Assembly: GCA_963705705.1 (NCBI GenBank)
Contig: CAVPKK010000007.1
Coordinates: 64,001-128,000 of the forward strand
DNA: 64,000 bases
Source: an uncultured bacterium
Lineage (GTDB): Bacteria; Babelota; Babeliae; Babelales; JABCYS01
Direction: 5' to 3'
Shown here: in pieces, positions 10,093-20,805 of the stretch
How the letters are laid out: each line of letters starts with the position of its first letter
Numbering within the stretch: position 1 is the stretch's first letter
Notes under the pieces: model-generated
What the model was told of the DNA's origin: nothing
What the model saw: only the letters and a program-made list of their open reading frames with translations
Database searches by the model: none
Translations under genes and position numbers: made by a program

Positions 10093-10227
10093 GAGAAGAA
10101 CCATATTATGTTGAAGTTAGGAAATAATTAGCTAACTCTTGCAATTTTCATTGCGGAACCATTAATATCAATGTGAAATCACAGGTATTTCTGAAAAAAA
10201 ATATAATAATTTATCAAAGGAGAACGT

Positions 10228-10434
10228 ATGAAAAATAAATTAATAATTGCCTTATTTGCAGCAGCTGCAATTGGTGTGCAACTAGATGCTAAAAACCCGC
10301 AAGGTAAAACCTATCGGCCAGTTAGAGCACGTGCCGCGGAACAAGTAAACTCTTCTGCCAATATTGAGCAGCCTAACATTCCAGAGAAAGCTACATCTCA
10401 TGGTATGGCACAACGCCGTAATAATACGATTTAA
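10228..10434 (+). CDS. Small secreted protein
   Basis: AGGAG RBS, signal ending LDA, followed by hairpin gggaggc-taat-gcctccc. Confidence 0.7.
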   Translation: MKNKLIIALFAAAAIGVQLDAKNPQGKTYRPVRARAAEQVNSSANIEQPNIPEKATSHGMAQRRNNTI

Positions 10435-10483
10435 AGCGTGGGGAGGCTAATGCCTCCCTTTGGCTTTCTCAAAAAGGAGACGC

Positions 10484-10768
10484 ATGAAAACCAAATTTGT
10501 ATTCATATTTATTACTGGCCTAGCGATCACAGTAGGACTTAATGCAAGAACCTATGCTAAAGCTGCCCCAAAACATACAGCTAAAGCTCCAGCAGCTAAG
10601 CCGATGAAACCAGCGGCCACAGAAACTGCAGCGGAAGAAAAGGCAGAAGCAGCAACGGCATTAGCAATGAAAAAAGCCGCAGCTGCCCAACAAAGAAGAT
10701 GCGTCATAAATCCGACCACTGGCGAACGTGTTTGCTCAGGCGATACAGCGGCCGCAGCATCTAAATAA
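10484..10768 (+). CDS. Small secreted Ala/Lys-rich protein with a C-x(10)-C loop
   Basis: AGGAG RBS before MKTKFVF...LNA; CVINPTTGERVC. Confidence 0.7.
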   Translation: MKTKFVFIFITGLAITVGLNARTYAKAAPKHTAKAPAAKPMKPAATETAAEEKAEAATALAMKKAAAAQQRRCVINPTTGERVCSGDTAAAASK

Positions 10769-10793
10769 ATCTCAATATCTAATAAGATACCTT

Positions 10794-10822
10794 AGGGAGC
10801 TTGAATTCAAGTTCCCTTTTTT
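10794..10822 (+). terminator. Rho-independent terminator
   Basis: agggagcttgaa-ttcaagttccct followed by a T-run. Confidence 0.65.
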
Positions 10823-10867
10823 CTTGTAATCCAAACTGATTGATCTACCCTGTCATGGGAGATTGCT

Positions 10868-11110
10868 GTGAAAATCCATCTATATATAACTGCTCTGCTT
10901 TGTTTAACACCAAGCTGGTCAATTCCAAAGAAGCGGCCGCTTATATACAAAACCGATCCAATTGCCATCGCAGCCCGGGCTATGTATGAGCTCAGTAAAA
11001 CAAGTACTCACCTCCCTAAAAAGAGATGTCTTTTTACCCAATATGGCCCATTCATCAAATCTGTTAAATCTGATACCAAAAAAGACTTAGCCGCGACGTC
11101 GACCAACTAG
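10868..11110 (+). CDS. Small putative secreted protein
   Basis: GTG start after GGAG, hydrophobic N-terminus. Confidence 0.5.
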   Translation: MKIHLYITALLCLTPSWSIPKKRPLIYKTDPIAIAARAMYELSKTSTHLPKKRCLFTQYGPFIKSVKSDTKKDLAATSTN

Positions 11111-11329
11111 CAAAAAGCCCTTTTCATCAAACGGTTTTGTCCCCCTCAAGACTAAAAGCCAGTCCTCAAGGCTGGGTAAAGTGGGCACTTTAGATTTTGT
11201 TATAGCGCGATTGACTTTACCTCAGAATACCTTTATACCTGAAGGCAAGCTTAAGACGGTTTTAAAACAAGGATCCGGCCTTAGGCTTTTTCGGTCTCTT
11301 TCCCTAATTTCCAATAAAGCGAGTCTGGG

Positions 11330-11356
11330 TCCTTCGACGGGGCTCAGGATGAGCGG
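11330..11356 (-). repeat. REP-like element upstream of dnaK
   Basis: tccttcgacggggctcaggatgagcgg. Confidence 0.75.
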
Positions 11357-11408
11357 GGAATCATTCCGGGTAATAAAAGTTTATTATATACAAGAGAGGT
11401 ATAACAAC

Positions 11409-13301
11409 ATGGCAAAAATCATAGGTATCGATTTAGGAACCACCAACTCCGTCGTCTCCTTCATGGAAGGCAGCGGCTGGAAGGTAATCCCTAACGCCGA
11501 AGGCAATAACACCACCCCCTCGGTCGTCGCTTTTACTAAAGACGGCCAACGGCTGGTTGGCATCCTGGCCAAACGCCAAGCGGTAACCAATCCAGAAAAC
11601 ACCATCTTCTCAGCCAAGCGCTTTATCGGCCGTCGGTTCGACGAGGCCGGGGAAGAGATCAAACTGATGCCATATAAGCTCATCGGCCGGTCAAATGGCG
11701 ATGTGGGCATCGTGGCACAGGGCAAAGACTACGCACCACAAGAAATCTCAGCCGGGGTATTGGCATACTTGAAGAAAGTAGCCGAAGACTACCTAGGCGA
11801 ACCAGTTACCCAAGCCGTCATCACCGTGCCGGCATACTTTAACGACTCGCAACGCCAGGCCACTAAGGATGCAGGCCAGATTGCGGGGCTCGACGTCAAA
11901 CGTATCATCAATGAACCTACCGCAGCAGCACTCGCCTACGGTATGGATAAAAAGAAGAACGGCACCATCGCCGTGTTCGACTTCGGTGGCGGTACATTCG
12001 ATATCTCGGTACTCGATATTAATGATGGCGTGATCGAAGTTAAATCAACCAATGGTGATACCCACCTTGGCGGTGACGACATCGACCATCGCATTACCAA
12101 CTATCTGATCGATGAGTTCAAACGCGAACAAGGCATCGATCTCACCAAAGATAAAATGGCGTTACAGCGTCTTAAGGAATCGGCCGAAAAGGCAAAGATC
12201 GAGCTTTCAACATTGCATGAAACTGAAATCAACCTGCCATACATTACTGCAGACGCGAGTGGGCCAAAGCATCTTAACCTGAAAATTTCGCGCGCTAAGC
12301 TTGAAGCTCTGTGCAGCGAAGTGTTTGAACGTTTGCTTACACCATGCAAAAAAGCATTGGCTGATGCAAAACTCTCTGCAAGCCAAATCGATGAAGTAAT
12401 TTTGGTGGGCGGTTCAACCCGTATGCCAAAGGTACAAGATTTAGTTAAATCATTCTTTGGTAAAGAACCAAACAAATCGGTTAATCCTGATGAAGTGGTA
12501 GCAATCGGCGCCGCAATTCAAGGTGGCGTATTAGCTGGTTCGGTAACTGATGTACTTCTACTCGACGTTACTCCCCTTTCACTCGGTATCGAAACCATGG
12601 GCGGTATTGCAACCAAGCTGATTGAACGCAACACCACCATCCCAACGCGCAAGGCTCAGATCTTCTCAACTGCAGAAGATAACCAAACCGCTGTTGATAT
12701 TAAGGTGGTACAAGGTGAACGTGAATTTGCTAAAGACAATAAAATGCTCGGCCAATTCCGCTTAGAAGGAATTCCGGCAGCACCACGAGGTGTTCCGCAA
12801 GTTGAAGTTGCCTTTGATATCGACGCCAATGGTATCGTGCATGTAAGTGCCAAGGATATGGCGACCGGCAAAGAGCATAAGATCACCATCACCAGCTCAA
12901 GTGGTTTGAGCAAAGATGAAATCGAACAGATGGTACAGGCCGCGAAATTGCATGAAGAAGAAGATCGCAAAGCTCGCGAGGTTACTGAAAAGCGTAACCG
13001 CCTGGATGGTCTGATTGTTGAAATCGAAAAGACATTGCATCAACTTAAAGACAAAGTGAGCGCCGAAGATGTTGCGGCTACACAAGCAGCACTTGATAAG
13101 GCCAAGCTAGTTCTTAAAGATCAGCCAAATGATAGCGTTGCATTGCAAACAGCAACCGATGATCTATTAAAAGCATCACACAAGATTGCTGAAGAGGCAT
13201 ATAAGCAGAAGACTGCGCAGCCTGATGCACCAAAAACGGATGCGGGTTCTGATTCTCAACCGAAACAGGATCAAGGGCCAATCGACGCTGACGTCGTCTA
13301 G
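11409..13301 (+). CDS. dnaK: Chaperone DnaK (Hsp70)
   Basis: [35 protein letters not shown]; true start 11409 rather than ORF-track 11181. Confidence 0.99.
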   Translation: MAKIIGIDLGTTNSVVSFMEGSGWKVIPNAEGNNTTPSVVAFTKDGQRLVGILAKRQAVTNPENTIFSAKRFIGRRFDEAGEEIKLMPYKLIGRSNGDVGIVAQGKDYAPQEISAGVLAYLKKVAEDYLGEPVTQAVITVPAYFNDSQRQATKDAGQIAGLDVKRIINEPTAAALAYGMDKKKNGTIAVFDFGGGTFDISVLDINDGVIEVKSTNGDTHLGGDDIDHRITNYLIDEFKREQGIDLTKDKMALQRLKESAEKAKIELSTLHETEINLPYITADASGPKHLNLKISRAKLEALCSEVFERLLTPCKKALADAKLSASQIDEVILVGGSTRMPKVQDLVKSFFGKEPNKSVNPDEVVAIGAAIQGGVLAGSVTDVLLLDVTPLSLGIETMGGIATKLIERNTTIPTRKAQIFSTAEDNQTAVDIKVVQGEREFAKDNKMLGQFRLEGIPAAPRGVPQVEVAFDIDANGIVHVSAKDMATGKEHKITITSSSGLSKDEIEQMVQAAKLHEEEDRKAREVTEKRNRLDGLIVEIEKTLHQLKDKVSAEDVAATQAALDKAKLVLKDQPNDSVALQTATDDLLKASHKIAEEAYKQKTAQPDAPKTDAGSDSQPKQDQGPIDADVV

Positions 13302-13361
13302 CAGCAGGGCACGCCTGCACCCACTACGCAATCATTTGCTGCGAAGGCAGCAATTAAATAA

Positions 13362-13401
13362 CAAAACAGCTGGCACTCTTTATTGAGTACCGGCTGTTTT
13401 G
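13362..13401. terminator. Bidirectional terminator after dnaK
   Basis: caaaacagctgg...ccggctgttttg hairpin between convergent genes. Confidence 0.7.
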
Positions 13402-13536
13402 CATTTTAGTACACGCTAATCCAGTTCCACTAGTGATACGGCCCTCGAGGTTACAGGCTTATTTATCTCGCCTTAAGTTTCTTTTCTTAAGATCAGAAAT
13501 TCGTCGGACTTGTTTTTCAGTTGGGCATAGTCGCTT

Positions 13537-14169
13537 TTATTCTGACATAGCAGGACCAAGCTGCCCACCGATCGCAGCTCCAGGCGACCCAGCAGGCGCA
13601 GCTCCCTCAAGAACACCTCCAGGCATCGTCCCAACATACCATTGGCCCTCGACCTTACCAGGAGGCAAAACAAATTCGCCAGCATTAACATGACCACCTT
13701 GTTCGACAAATTTTTGCGGTTCAGCACGCAACTTTGCAATTTCTGCGGGGCTAAAATAACCTTTTTCACCAGCAACTGGAGCTCTGCCCTTCCCAGCCTG
13801 AATCGTCTTCGATACGCCTGTAGACTCGCCGGGGATAATGCGTTCTGTGGGTGAAGCGATAGGAGTATGCGTTACCTCCCTCCTAGTACCTTTTCTACCG
13901 GAGTCATCAATGGTAACACCCTGCCCAATTTCACTAGTCCCATGATGTGCTGGCACAATTTGTCTGCCAACTGGAACATGCCCAGCTCCACCAGCCACAT
14001 GTGTTGGCACAAGTCGCTTGACAGCTACAGCGCGTCCACCAGCAGGATTTGGCTTATGTCCACGGTTTGATGAAACCAGTTTATGTACTGATTGATCACA
14101 AAGCAGCATGCAACAATTTTGTCCAAATAATATAAGGGCTACCAGCCTGAATATCGTTATGTTCTTCAT
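13537..14169 (-). CDS. Secreted Gly/Pro-rich hypothetical protein
   Basis: AGGAG RBS, hydrophobic N-terminus. Confidence 0.7.
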   Translation of the reverse strand: MKNITIFRLVALILFGQNCCMLLCDQSVHKLVSSNRGHKPNPAGGRAVAVKRLVPTHVAGGAGHVPVGRQIVPAHHGTSEIGQGVTIDDSGRKGTRREVTHTPIASPTERIIPGESTGVSKTIQAGKGRAPVAGEKGYFSPAEIAKLRAEPQKFVEQGGHVNAGEFVLPPGKVEGQWYVGTMPGGVLEGAAPAGSPGAAIGGQLGPAMSE

Positions 14170-14252
14170 TATTATTAAAACTCCTTTTTCGTTGTCTATT
14201 GTTATGAGATATACAGTAATACTAAATAAAGTTTCTATTGTTTTTCAAGAGA

Positions 14253-15191
14253 TCAAGCGTGCAAAGTGTTGGGCAACGTAATGCACTGAAAAGTGATGGG
14301 ATTCAGATTCTCAACCGAAACAGGATCAAGGGCCGATCGATGCTCATTCTTTTTAGGAGCGGGGGTGGGATGATGTTGTGGCTGCTGATGTGTAGGTCTC
14401 ATTGTAGGATTGGTGTGCGGGGGCGGAGCCAGGGATTTTGACACCGGTTTTGGTGTTGGCTTTGGAGCCGGGCTCTTTGCAGCTTTTTTTTGTACAACTG
14501 GCTTTGCTGCAGCCGGATGTTTAGTTGACGCAGCAGCCTTTGTTACCGAACTTGGCGTGTGTGGTGCGGGCTTTGGTGTTGGTGCCGGTTTAGCAGGTTG
14601 TGGCGTAGGTGTAGGTTTTGCCGCTCCATGTGTAGTTGATGCAGCAGTCTTTGCTGGCAAATGCGCACTAACCCCTTGGGCTGATGGCAATGGTGTTTCC
14701 GCGTGTGGGTTTGGATTTGGAAGCACCGATGTAATTGGTTTAGCTGGAGTAGTACTACCGATCGTTTTCCTGCCAGTTGGCTGAGGCTTATAGCCTTGTT
14801 GAAAGTTATACAGAGGTGTGATTATCTTTCTTTTCTCTGCAGCCGTACCAATCTGGTTCCATTTAGCCAAGGCATTCGCGCGTATTTTGGCTTTCGCTGC
14901 TGGCGGCAATTTATCCCACTGTTGCTGTGTTCGCATGCCTCGTTCGTAAATATCAAACCACATTGGCTGTTCTAACGTTTGCTTTGTTGATTGTATAGGT
15001 ACTTTTACAACTGGCTGTGGTGGGGCTGCTTGAATGGCATGTTCGGCAGCTGTTTCGGAATAGCCATGCATAAGTAACCAAAATGCGTCATTTTTGTGCG
15101 CCGCCGGGATGGCTGACTGATCGATTTGCGCCTCGAGGTATACTGTTAGCGTTATAAGATTTGTAATTAATAATAATCTTGTTTTAACCAC
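14253..15191 (-). CDS. Secreted protein with Pro/Lys/Ala/Thr-rich disordered C-half
   Basis: Signal ending LEA; PKPAP-type repeats; C-terminus derived from the antisense dnaK copy. Confidence 0.75.
   Translation of the reverse strand: MVKTRLLLITNLITLTVYLEAQIDQSAIPAAHKNDAFWLLMHGYSETAAEHAIQAAPPQPVVKVPIQSTKQTLEQPMWFDIYERGMRTQQQWDKLPPAAKAKIRANALAKWNQIGTAAEKRKIITPLYNFQQGYKPQPTGRKTIGSTTPAKPITSVLPNPNPHAETPLPSAQGVSAHLPAKTAASTTHGAAKPTPTPQPAKPAPTPKPAPHTPSSVTKAAASTKHPAAAKPVVQKKAAKSPAPKPTPKPVSKSLAPPPHTNPTMRPTHQQPQHHPTPAPKKNEHRSALDPVSVENLNPITFQCITLPNTLHA
14272..14356 (+). repeat. Degenerate direct copy of the dnaK 3' end
   Basis: 29-bp identity gattctcaaccgaaacaggatcaagggcc (13251-13279 vs 14306-14334) with similar flanks. 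Confidence 0.9.
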
Positions 15192-15290
15192 AAACTCCCC
15201 TTTTTAATTCTTGCGGTAACTCATCATTATCATTCTAAACAAACGCGAATGCTTTTCTCAAGAAGCAGCGTCTTGAGGCACAAAAAAAGT

Positions 15291-16223
15291 TTAGCCATTA
15301 CCCTTTTCCTCATCAATTGATCCAAGAGAACGCGGCCTTTCATCTACTTCGTCATGCGGGATTAATTCAGCCTTATTCAATTCAACCAATAATGATTCAA
15401 GATTTCTTGCTCGTTTCAACAATTGCTGACTGCGCATGAAATTAGATTTCCGCTTGGCCATTGACCGACACTCCCAAATAAGCTGCTGACATTTTTCAAC
15501 CATATGACTACCAGCTAACGGAAGCCATATATTCTCACATGCACGCAGACCTTCAAAAGCCAAGTCTTTCAATGGCTCACTACCCTGCCAATACATTTTT
15601 TTATAAACATGCTCCCATAAAAAATAATTGTACGTGAGCTCATTGACATGCAAATCGCGCAAATTTTTCTTAATCTCAATCAGATACACAGCTGCTGCTT
15701 CAACGTCTGTTACGTGTCGCACCAATAACGTATTTACAATTACTGCTTTGGACGGATTCTCGTCCGCAAAATTCTGCTTCATTAATTCATATTCAGCAGA
15801 CGGCCGAATATTTTCCCAATCATACTCTCCAAAAAAATTGGCCATGAGAGAATCGCACATGTAACGCGCAGCAACAAATAAATGTGTCTGTTGATTGATT
15901 TCGTCTGAGCATAGCTTAGCGGCGCATGCATGAGCCTCTACAGCTTGTAGGTATTGTTGCGCTTTAATCGTCTCAGTCGTATTACGATTCCACAAATATG
16001 AATCCCAAAATGATGCTTCTTTTTGATAATAAGCAGCTTTAACACTTGCATTTGGGCCACTCATCGCAGCTTGCCAATGTTGTGCGAGAAATGAAGCATA
16101 CTCTTTTTCTAATGATGGCTTCTGCTCAGATGCAGCTGCTTGTGTGGCATGCGCCATTTGGGAAAAGAGAAGACAAGCTCCTATTAATCGAGTCAGCCGC
16201 CAAGATATTATTGTGTTGATCAT
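15291..16223 (-). CDS. Secreted helical hypothetical protein
   Basis: Signal ending AHA; start uncertain (16223 or 16262). Confidence 0.7.
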   Translation of the reverse strand: MINTIISWRLTRLIGACLLFSQMAHATQAAASEQKPSLEKEYASFLAQHWQAAMSGPNASVKAAYYQKEASFWDSYLWNRNTTETIKAQQYLQAVEAHACAAKLCSDEINQQTHLFVAARYMCDSLMANFFGEYDWENIRPSAEYELMKQNFADENPSKAVIVNTLLVRHVTDVEAAAVYLIEIKKNLRDLHVNELTYNYFLWEHVYKKMYWQGSEPLKDLAFEGLRACENIWLPLAGSHMVEKCQQLIWECRSMAKRKSNFMRSQQLLKRARNLESLLVELNKAELIPHDEVDERPRSLGSIDEEKGNG

Positions 16224-16299
16224 GATGAAATAACAATAAAAATTAAATAAATGGCACAGCAACCATCGCTAATAAGAAATTTGGATAATGGCCGCGATT

Positions 16300-17358
16300 C
16301 TATTTTTTTGCTGGCTGTTTTACAACAGTGACATGCACCAAAGGTTTTTTAGCAGAATGTATTTGCTTAGGAACTGCACGTTTTGTAACTTTCGCTGCCG
16401 GTGCACCTGCTTTTGCTGGAGTTGAAGCGACAGATGTTTTAGTTGATTTTGTAAATATTCCCTTAGCAGGTTGGTTTGCTGCCGGCGCTGCTTTTGTTGT
16501 GACAGTTATGGGCGTTGGTTTAGTGCCCTGGTTTGCGGCCGTTGGCATTGCTGCTTTCACTAAGGAAGTTGATGGCGTTGATGTATGGCTTGGTTTTGCC
16601 GCCGGCAATGTTACTTTTAACGCGGGCGAAGCTGTTGCCGCTGCTGTAGCTTTAGCAGATGAAACATTATTTTTTTTATCTAAAAGCAACGAGAATGCTT
16701 TTGAAGCAACTGGTTTCTTTGACCGTTCGCCAATAATCAAAACTGATATATCGGCTGGCTTACCTGCAGCAATATCTTTAATAGTTTTTGCAAATTGAGG
16801 TGAATCCCTTACGATCTGTGCATATGCAGCTTTAGTAGGTATTGGGCTGGCCATAATATACTGGCTCTGATTAAAAAAATCAGCAATTACACCATTGTAT
16901 TCATTTGTACCTTTAGCCACACCTGATAAGGTTTTCATTGTTTGTTGTGCTAACGCAGCAATTGCTGCATTCTGCTCAGGCGTTGAATGCGATTCTACCC
17001 CAATATAAGCAAGGTCTGCTTTTGTCGACGGCTGCGTACCTTGCTCAGCTATATTTTTAATCGATTGAATATATTTAGGTATTTGAGATTGAGCTTCCGG
17101 CGTTCCCAGATCGACGGGGGTAACCCCACCATTTAAAAGCATTTGCGCACCAGTAGAAAAATCATACAAAGCTTCAATATGTTCTACCGAACCTTCCTTC
17201 GTTTTAGCTAATTTATTCACAGTTTCTTTTGCGAGCTGAATTATATCGTTGCTTAAAGGAGCCGTGCTTTCCATATCTTGCGATGATTCGTCGCACAATG
17301 CATACGCAAAGATTTGCATTAACACTACAATAATAAACTGTTTGGTCATAGCTCTCAT
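16300..17358 (-). CDS. Secreted protein, two similar helical units plus Ala/Lys/Thr/Pro tail
   Basis: Signal-like N-terminus; IIQLAKETVNKL..DF and IAALAQQTMKTL..DF units. Confidence 0.75.
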   Translation of the reverse strand: MRAMTKQFIIVVLMQIFAYALCDESSQDMESTAPLSNDIIQLAKETVNKLAKTKEGSVEHIEALYDFSTGAQMLLNGGVTPVDLGTPEAQSQIPKYIQSIKNIAEQGTQPSTKADLAYIGVESHSTPEQNAAIAALAQQTMKTLSGVAKGTNEYNGVIADFFNQSQYIMASPIPTKAAYAQIVRDSPQFAKTIKDIAAGKPADISVLIIGERSKKPVASKAFSLLLDKKNNVSSAKATAAATASPALKVTLPAAKPSHTSTPSTSLVKAAMPTAANQGTKPTPITVTTKAAPAANQPAKGIFTKSTKTSVASTPAKAGAPAAKVTKRAVPKQIHSAKKPLVHVTVVKQPAKK

Positions 17359-17435
17359 ATCATTTTCCCAGAATAGGATTTGCTTAGATTATTTTTTTAT
17401 AACCATACCAAACAGCAGATGCTACATGCAAGCTT

Positions 17436-18674
17436 CTAAATAAATAGTGCTGCAACCATTGCTGATAATAGATTTGATAATGATCCACCAAGCAATGCTA
17501 GCAATGCAAATGAGCTAATCCATTCGCGTTTTGTTGGTACCAAAGCACCGAGGCCACCAATTTGAATGCCAATGCTCGAAAAGTTTGCAAAGCCGCATAG
17601 CGCATAAGTAACGACTGCCACAGTACGCTCATTAAGATGCAGTTTTACCATTTCAGCGTATGCCACAAATTCATTAATAGTTAATTTTGTGCCAAGCAGC
17701 TGGCCTACTGATAATGCCTCTGACCCGGTGAATCCAAGCAAATAGGCAAAAGGTGCGAAGATGTATGAGAAGAGAAAATTTAAATTAAGATACGGCATAC
17801 CAATCCAATAACCGACATAGCCAAACAAAGCATTTACAAATGCGATCAAGGCAATGAAGGCGATTAACATGGCGCCAACATTGAGAGCCAATGATAAGCC
17901 ATCGCTCGTGCCATGCGCGATAGCACCAAACAGATTTGTTGATTCACCTTCTATTTCAACCGCTTTGTTGCCAGCTGTTTTCGGCTCATCAGTTTCCGGC
18001 ATGAGCATTTTTGCAATCAATATCGTTCCTGGCAGTGCCATGAAGCTCGCAGCCAATAAATGCGGTGTTGGCACACCCATAGCAGCATACAATACTAAGA
18101 TCGAACCACTCACATGCGCCATGCCACTGACCATTACAGTTACTAATTCTGATTTGGTCATGTGCGGCAAATAATTTCGTATAACCAACGGCGCTTCCGT
18201 TTGGCCCATGAAACTATTGGCAATGACTGAGAGTGTTTCCGCACCAGATGTTTTAAATAATGGGCGAACTAAAGAACTTGTGCCGCTCACGATAAATTGG
18301 ATGATGCCAAGATGGAAGAGCAGCGCCATGAATGCGCCGAAGAAAATTATGATCGGCAACACACCAAATGCAAACACAAAGCCAACCGACTGATTGAATG
18401 TTGCTAACGAACCAAATACAAACTTAGTTCCTTCAAGTCCAAACTCATATAATTTGCCGATCCCAGCGGATAATGCACCAAAAAATCCTTGGCCGATTGT
18501 TGTTTTCAAAAAGAAGAATGCAAGCACGAATTCGAAAAGAAGACCATTCAAAATGAGGCGATAATTAATATGCTTTCTATCACGCGAGCACAAATAACAA
18601 ATAAGCAAAATCGTTGCGATACCTAATATATTCATGTAACGATTGTGCTCGAGCATATATTCGATGATGTTCAT
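17436..18674 (-). CDS. nupC: NupC/CNT family nucleoside transporter
   Basis: VLPIIIFF, FMGQTEAPL, KLTINEFVAY, YALCGFANFSSIGIQIG motifs. Confidence 0.95.
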   Translation of the reverse strand: MNIIEYMLEHNRYMNILGIATILLICYLCSRDRKHINYRLILNGLLFEFVLAFFFLKTTIGQGFFGALSAGIGKLYEFGLEGTKFVFGSLATFNQSVGFVFAFGVLPIIIFFGAFMALLFHLGIIQFIVSGTSSLVRPLFKTSGAETLSVIANSFMGQTEAPLVIRNYLPHMTKSELVTVMVSGMAHVSGSILVLYAAMGVPTPHLLAASFMALPGTILIAKMLMPETDEPKTAGNKAVEIEGESTNLFGAIAHGTSDGLSLALNVGAMLIAFIALIAFVNALFGYVGYWIGMPYLNLNFLFSYIFAPFAYLLGFTGSEALSVGQLLGTKLTINEFVAYAEMVKLHLNERTVAVVTYALCGFANFSSIGIQIGGLGALVPTKREWISSFALLALLGGSLSNLLSAMVAALFI

Positions 18675-18783
18675 TATTTGAGTGCCTCGCGTATAGATGT
18701 TAAAATTGTTCACGTAGTATAACTTTGTATGCTGATTTGCTCAAAGGATAAATATTAAAATATAATCAGTTTATGCAGTTCCT

Positions 18784-18823
18784 CGCGCGCTTTTATCCTT
18801 CGATAATACTCTGGATGAGCGCG
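18784..18823 (-). repeat. REP-like element
   Basis: cgcgcgcttttatccttcgataatactctggatgagcgcg. Confidence 0.75.
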
Positions 18824-18932
18824 GTCTAGTCATACTGATTCGATAGGATGAGCTAGCAGTAAATTTGAATAGGCGTCTACAATTTGTATGCAATACTAAA
18901 CTTTCAAAACGTTGATCTAGAACTTGGTAAAT

Positions 18933-18968
18933 CGCGCTCATTCTGAGTTAATCGAAGAATCAGAGCGC
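18933..18968 (+). repeat. REP-like element (ATTCT/AGAAT variant)
   Basis: cgcgctcattctgagttaatcgaagaatcagagcgc. Confidence 0.85.
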
Positions 18969-19031
18969 AAACGCAAACTTGGTCAACTTTGGCAAAATAA
19001 TAAATTGTTCCTTAAAAAAAATGATGATGCA

Positions 19032-20069
19032 ATGCCAATAAAAAAACCAAATTCAACATCACCACTTATTATGCTGATTGCCGATGGCATTCATAATTCG
19101 GTATTTGTCAGCCAAGTGTTAGAGCCGCTTATCAAGCGAGCAGGCGACCGTTCAATCATACTCATCAGTTGCGAACGACCAATGCCAATCACGGTTCCCG
19201 CTGAACTCCATGATTTTACTGGCGAACTAGAATTGATACCGCGCCTACCCTATCTCGGCACCATCAGCTTAATTCCAACTGCTATCAAGTTGCGTCATAT
19301 ATTAAAAAATTACCAAGAGTATGAATTGATTGCCCGCGGGCCGATTGCAGGTTGGCTTGCATTGCGTGCTATTGATGAGCAATGCGCATCGTTGATTATT
19401 CAAGCGCGCGGCTTGATGGCAGAAGAGTATAGACTCGCGCGCGCGTCTGATTCAGGCTTGAAAAAATTAATAACAAAAATTCGCACGCATCAATTTTTAC
19501 ATTTAGAACATTCTGTCTACGGCACAAAAAAATCAAACGTCTCAATTGAAGCCGTCAGCGAAGCGATGGGCGAATATCTATGCAAAGAATTTTGCACAAA
19601 TCCAAACCGTATAACAATTGCAGAGATTGATAAGCCGCCGAGCATAGCGGTAGACCAAAAGAAAAAATGGCGTTCTGATGTGCGCGCAGAGCTGAATATT
19701 CCGGCTGATGCTAAGGTATGGTGCTACAATGGATCGGCAAAAGCGTGGCAATGCCCAGAAGAATCAGTTTCATTTTTGGCAAAAAAATTGGCGGAGAATC
19801 AAAAACATTTTGCTTTGATCCTCACGCCTGATCCCGATATATTCGAAGAATTATTCGAACAATTTTTAGTTGATAAACTTCGTTACCGTATTCTTAAAGT
19901 ACCAGCACGCGAAACATTCAAATATCTCGCGTCGGCCGATGCCGGCATTGTTTTCCGCGCAGCCTCACCTGTTAATTGGGTCTCGCGACCAACGAAGGTT
20001 TTGGAATACCGCGCACTTGGTCTGGATGTCATTCACAATAACACAATCGCCTGGCTACGAGACACCTAG
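19032..20069 (+). CDS. GT-B fold glycosyltransferase (family 4-like)
   Basis: YNGSAKAWQ and YLASADAGIVFR...SRPTKVLEYRALGLDVI C-terminal motif. Confidence 0.8.
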   Translation: MPIKKPNSTSPLIMLIADGIHNSVFVSQVLEPLIKRAGDRSIILISCERPMPITVPAELHDFTGELELIPRLPYLGTISLIPTAIKLRHILKNYQEYELIARGPIAGWLALRAIDEQCASLIIQARGLMAEEYRLARASDSGLKKLITKIRTHQFLHLEHSVYGTKKSNVSIEAVSEAMGEYLCKEFCTNPNRITIAEIDKPPSIAVDQKKKWRSDVRAELNIPADAKVWCYNGSAKAWQCPEESVSFLAKKLAENQKHFALILTPDPDIFEELFEQFLVDKLRYRILKVPARETFKYLASADAGIVFRAASPVNWVSRPTKVLEYRALGLDVIHNNTIAWLRDT

Positions 20070-20476
20070 TCACCCTTAGTCATGAATTCATTATAGTTTT
20101 GCTGTGCATTTTTTAACTGTTTCAACGCAGCTGGTGCTTTATCTGGCATTGCGTACGTACCATTTGCTCTCATCTGAGTAGCCCAACGCGCATTAGCATT
20201 GGCTTTATCGACCTCATTAGCTAATTGTTGTTGCTTAGCCAACCAAGCAGGAGTTTCTTGATGCGGATGATATTGTACCGGTTGATACAATTTCTTCCCC
20301 GTAGGGTGTAAATCCTTAGCAACCCATTTATGCCGTTTTTTCTGAGCTGAACTTACTTGCTGAGGCGCTTTTGGGAGCGACTGTTTTTTCCCTATTAGAC
20401 CCAAAGTGTCGGGATTAGAAGATGCGGCATTTACCGTGCCAAATACCACAAATAATAGAAAATTCTTTTTCATCAT
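20066..20476 (-). CDS. Small secreted protein
   Basis: GGGAG RBS, MMKKNFLLFVVFGTVNA. Confidence 0.7.
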   Translation of the reverse strand: MMKKNFLLFVVFGTVNAASSNPDTLGLIGKKQSLPKAPQQVSSAQKKRHKWVAKDLHPTGKKLYQPVQYHPHQETPAWLAKQQQLANEVDKANANARWATQMRANGTYAMPDKAPAALKQLKNAQQNYNEFMTKGD

Positions 20477-20500
20477 ATTCTCCCTTGCCGAAAAATAATC

Positions 20501-20782
20501 CTAATAATTTGGGCGCACTGGATGAACAGTACCGTGCTCACCATAACGCTCGCCTAATGGAGGTAATGCACGTGCTTTGGCAGGTATTTGTTTTTTTGAG
20601 CGCGGGCTCCATGTGCTTGGATCGGATCCTGGCATTGGACGATTAATTTGATGTACTGGCGCCCACGTAGTAGATGAACTGCCCGGTGCCGGAGGTATTT
20701 GCTCATATTCTTGCGCTCTTGATTCAGCTGCATAAGCAGAACCTGCTACAAATAGCGCAACCAATAGATAAAATTTCTTCAT
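20501..20782 (-). CDS. Small secreted Pro-rich protein
   Basis: AGGAG RBS, MKKFYLLVALFVAGSAYA. Confidence 0.7.
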   Translation of the reverse strand: MKKFYLLVALFVAGSAYAAESRAQEYEQIPPAPGSSSTTWAPVHQINRPMPGSDPSTWSPRSKKQIPAKARALPPLGERYGEHGTVHPVRPNY

Positions 20783-20805
20783 TACTTCTCCCTTTTTTTA
20801 TTTAG

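Noticed and set aside
11181..11408. N-terminal extension of DnaK in the ORF track
   Set aside because: Read-through of promoter and repeat DNA; canonical start is 11409
13371..13392. CIRCE-like gcactc...gagtac
   Set aside because: Downstream of dnaK, wrong spacing, part of the terminator stem
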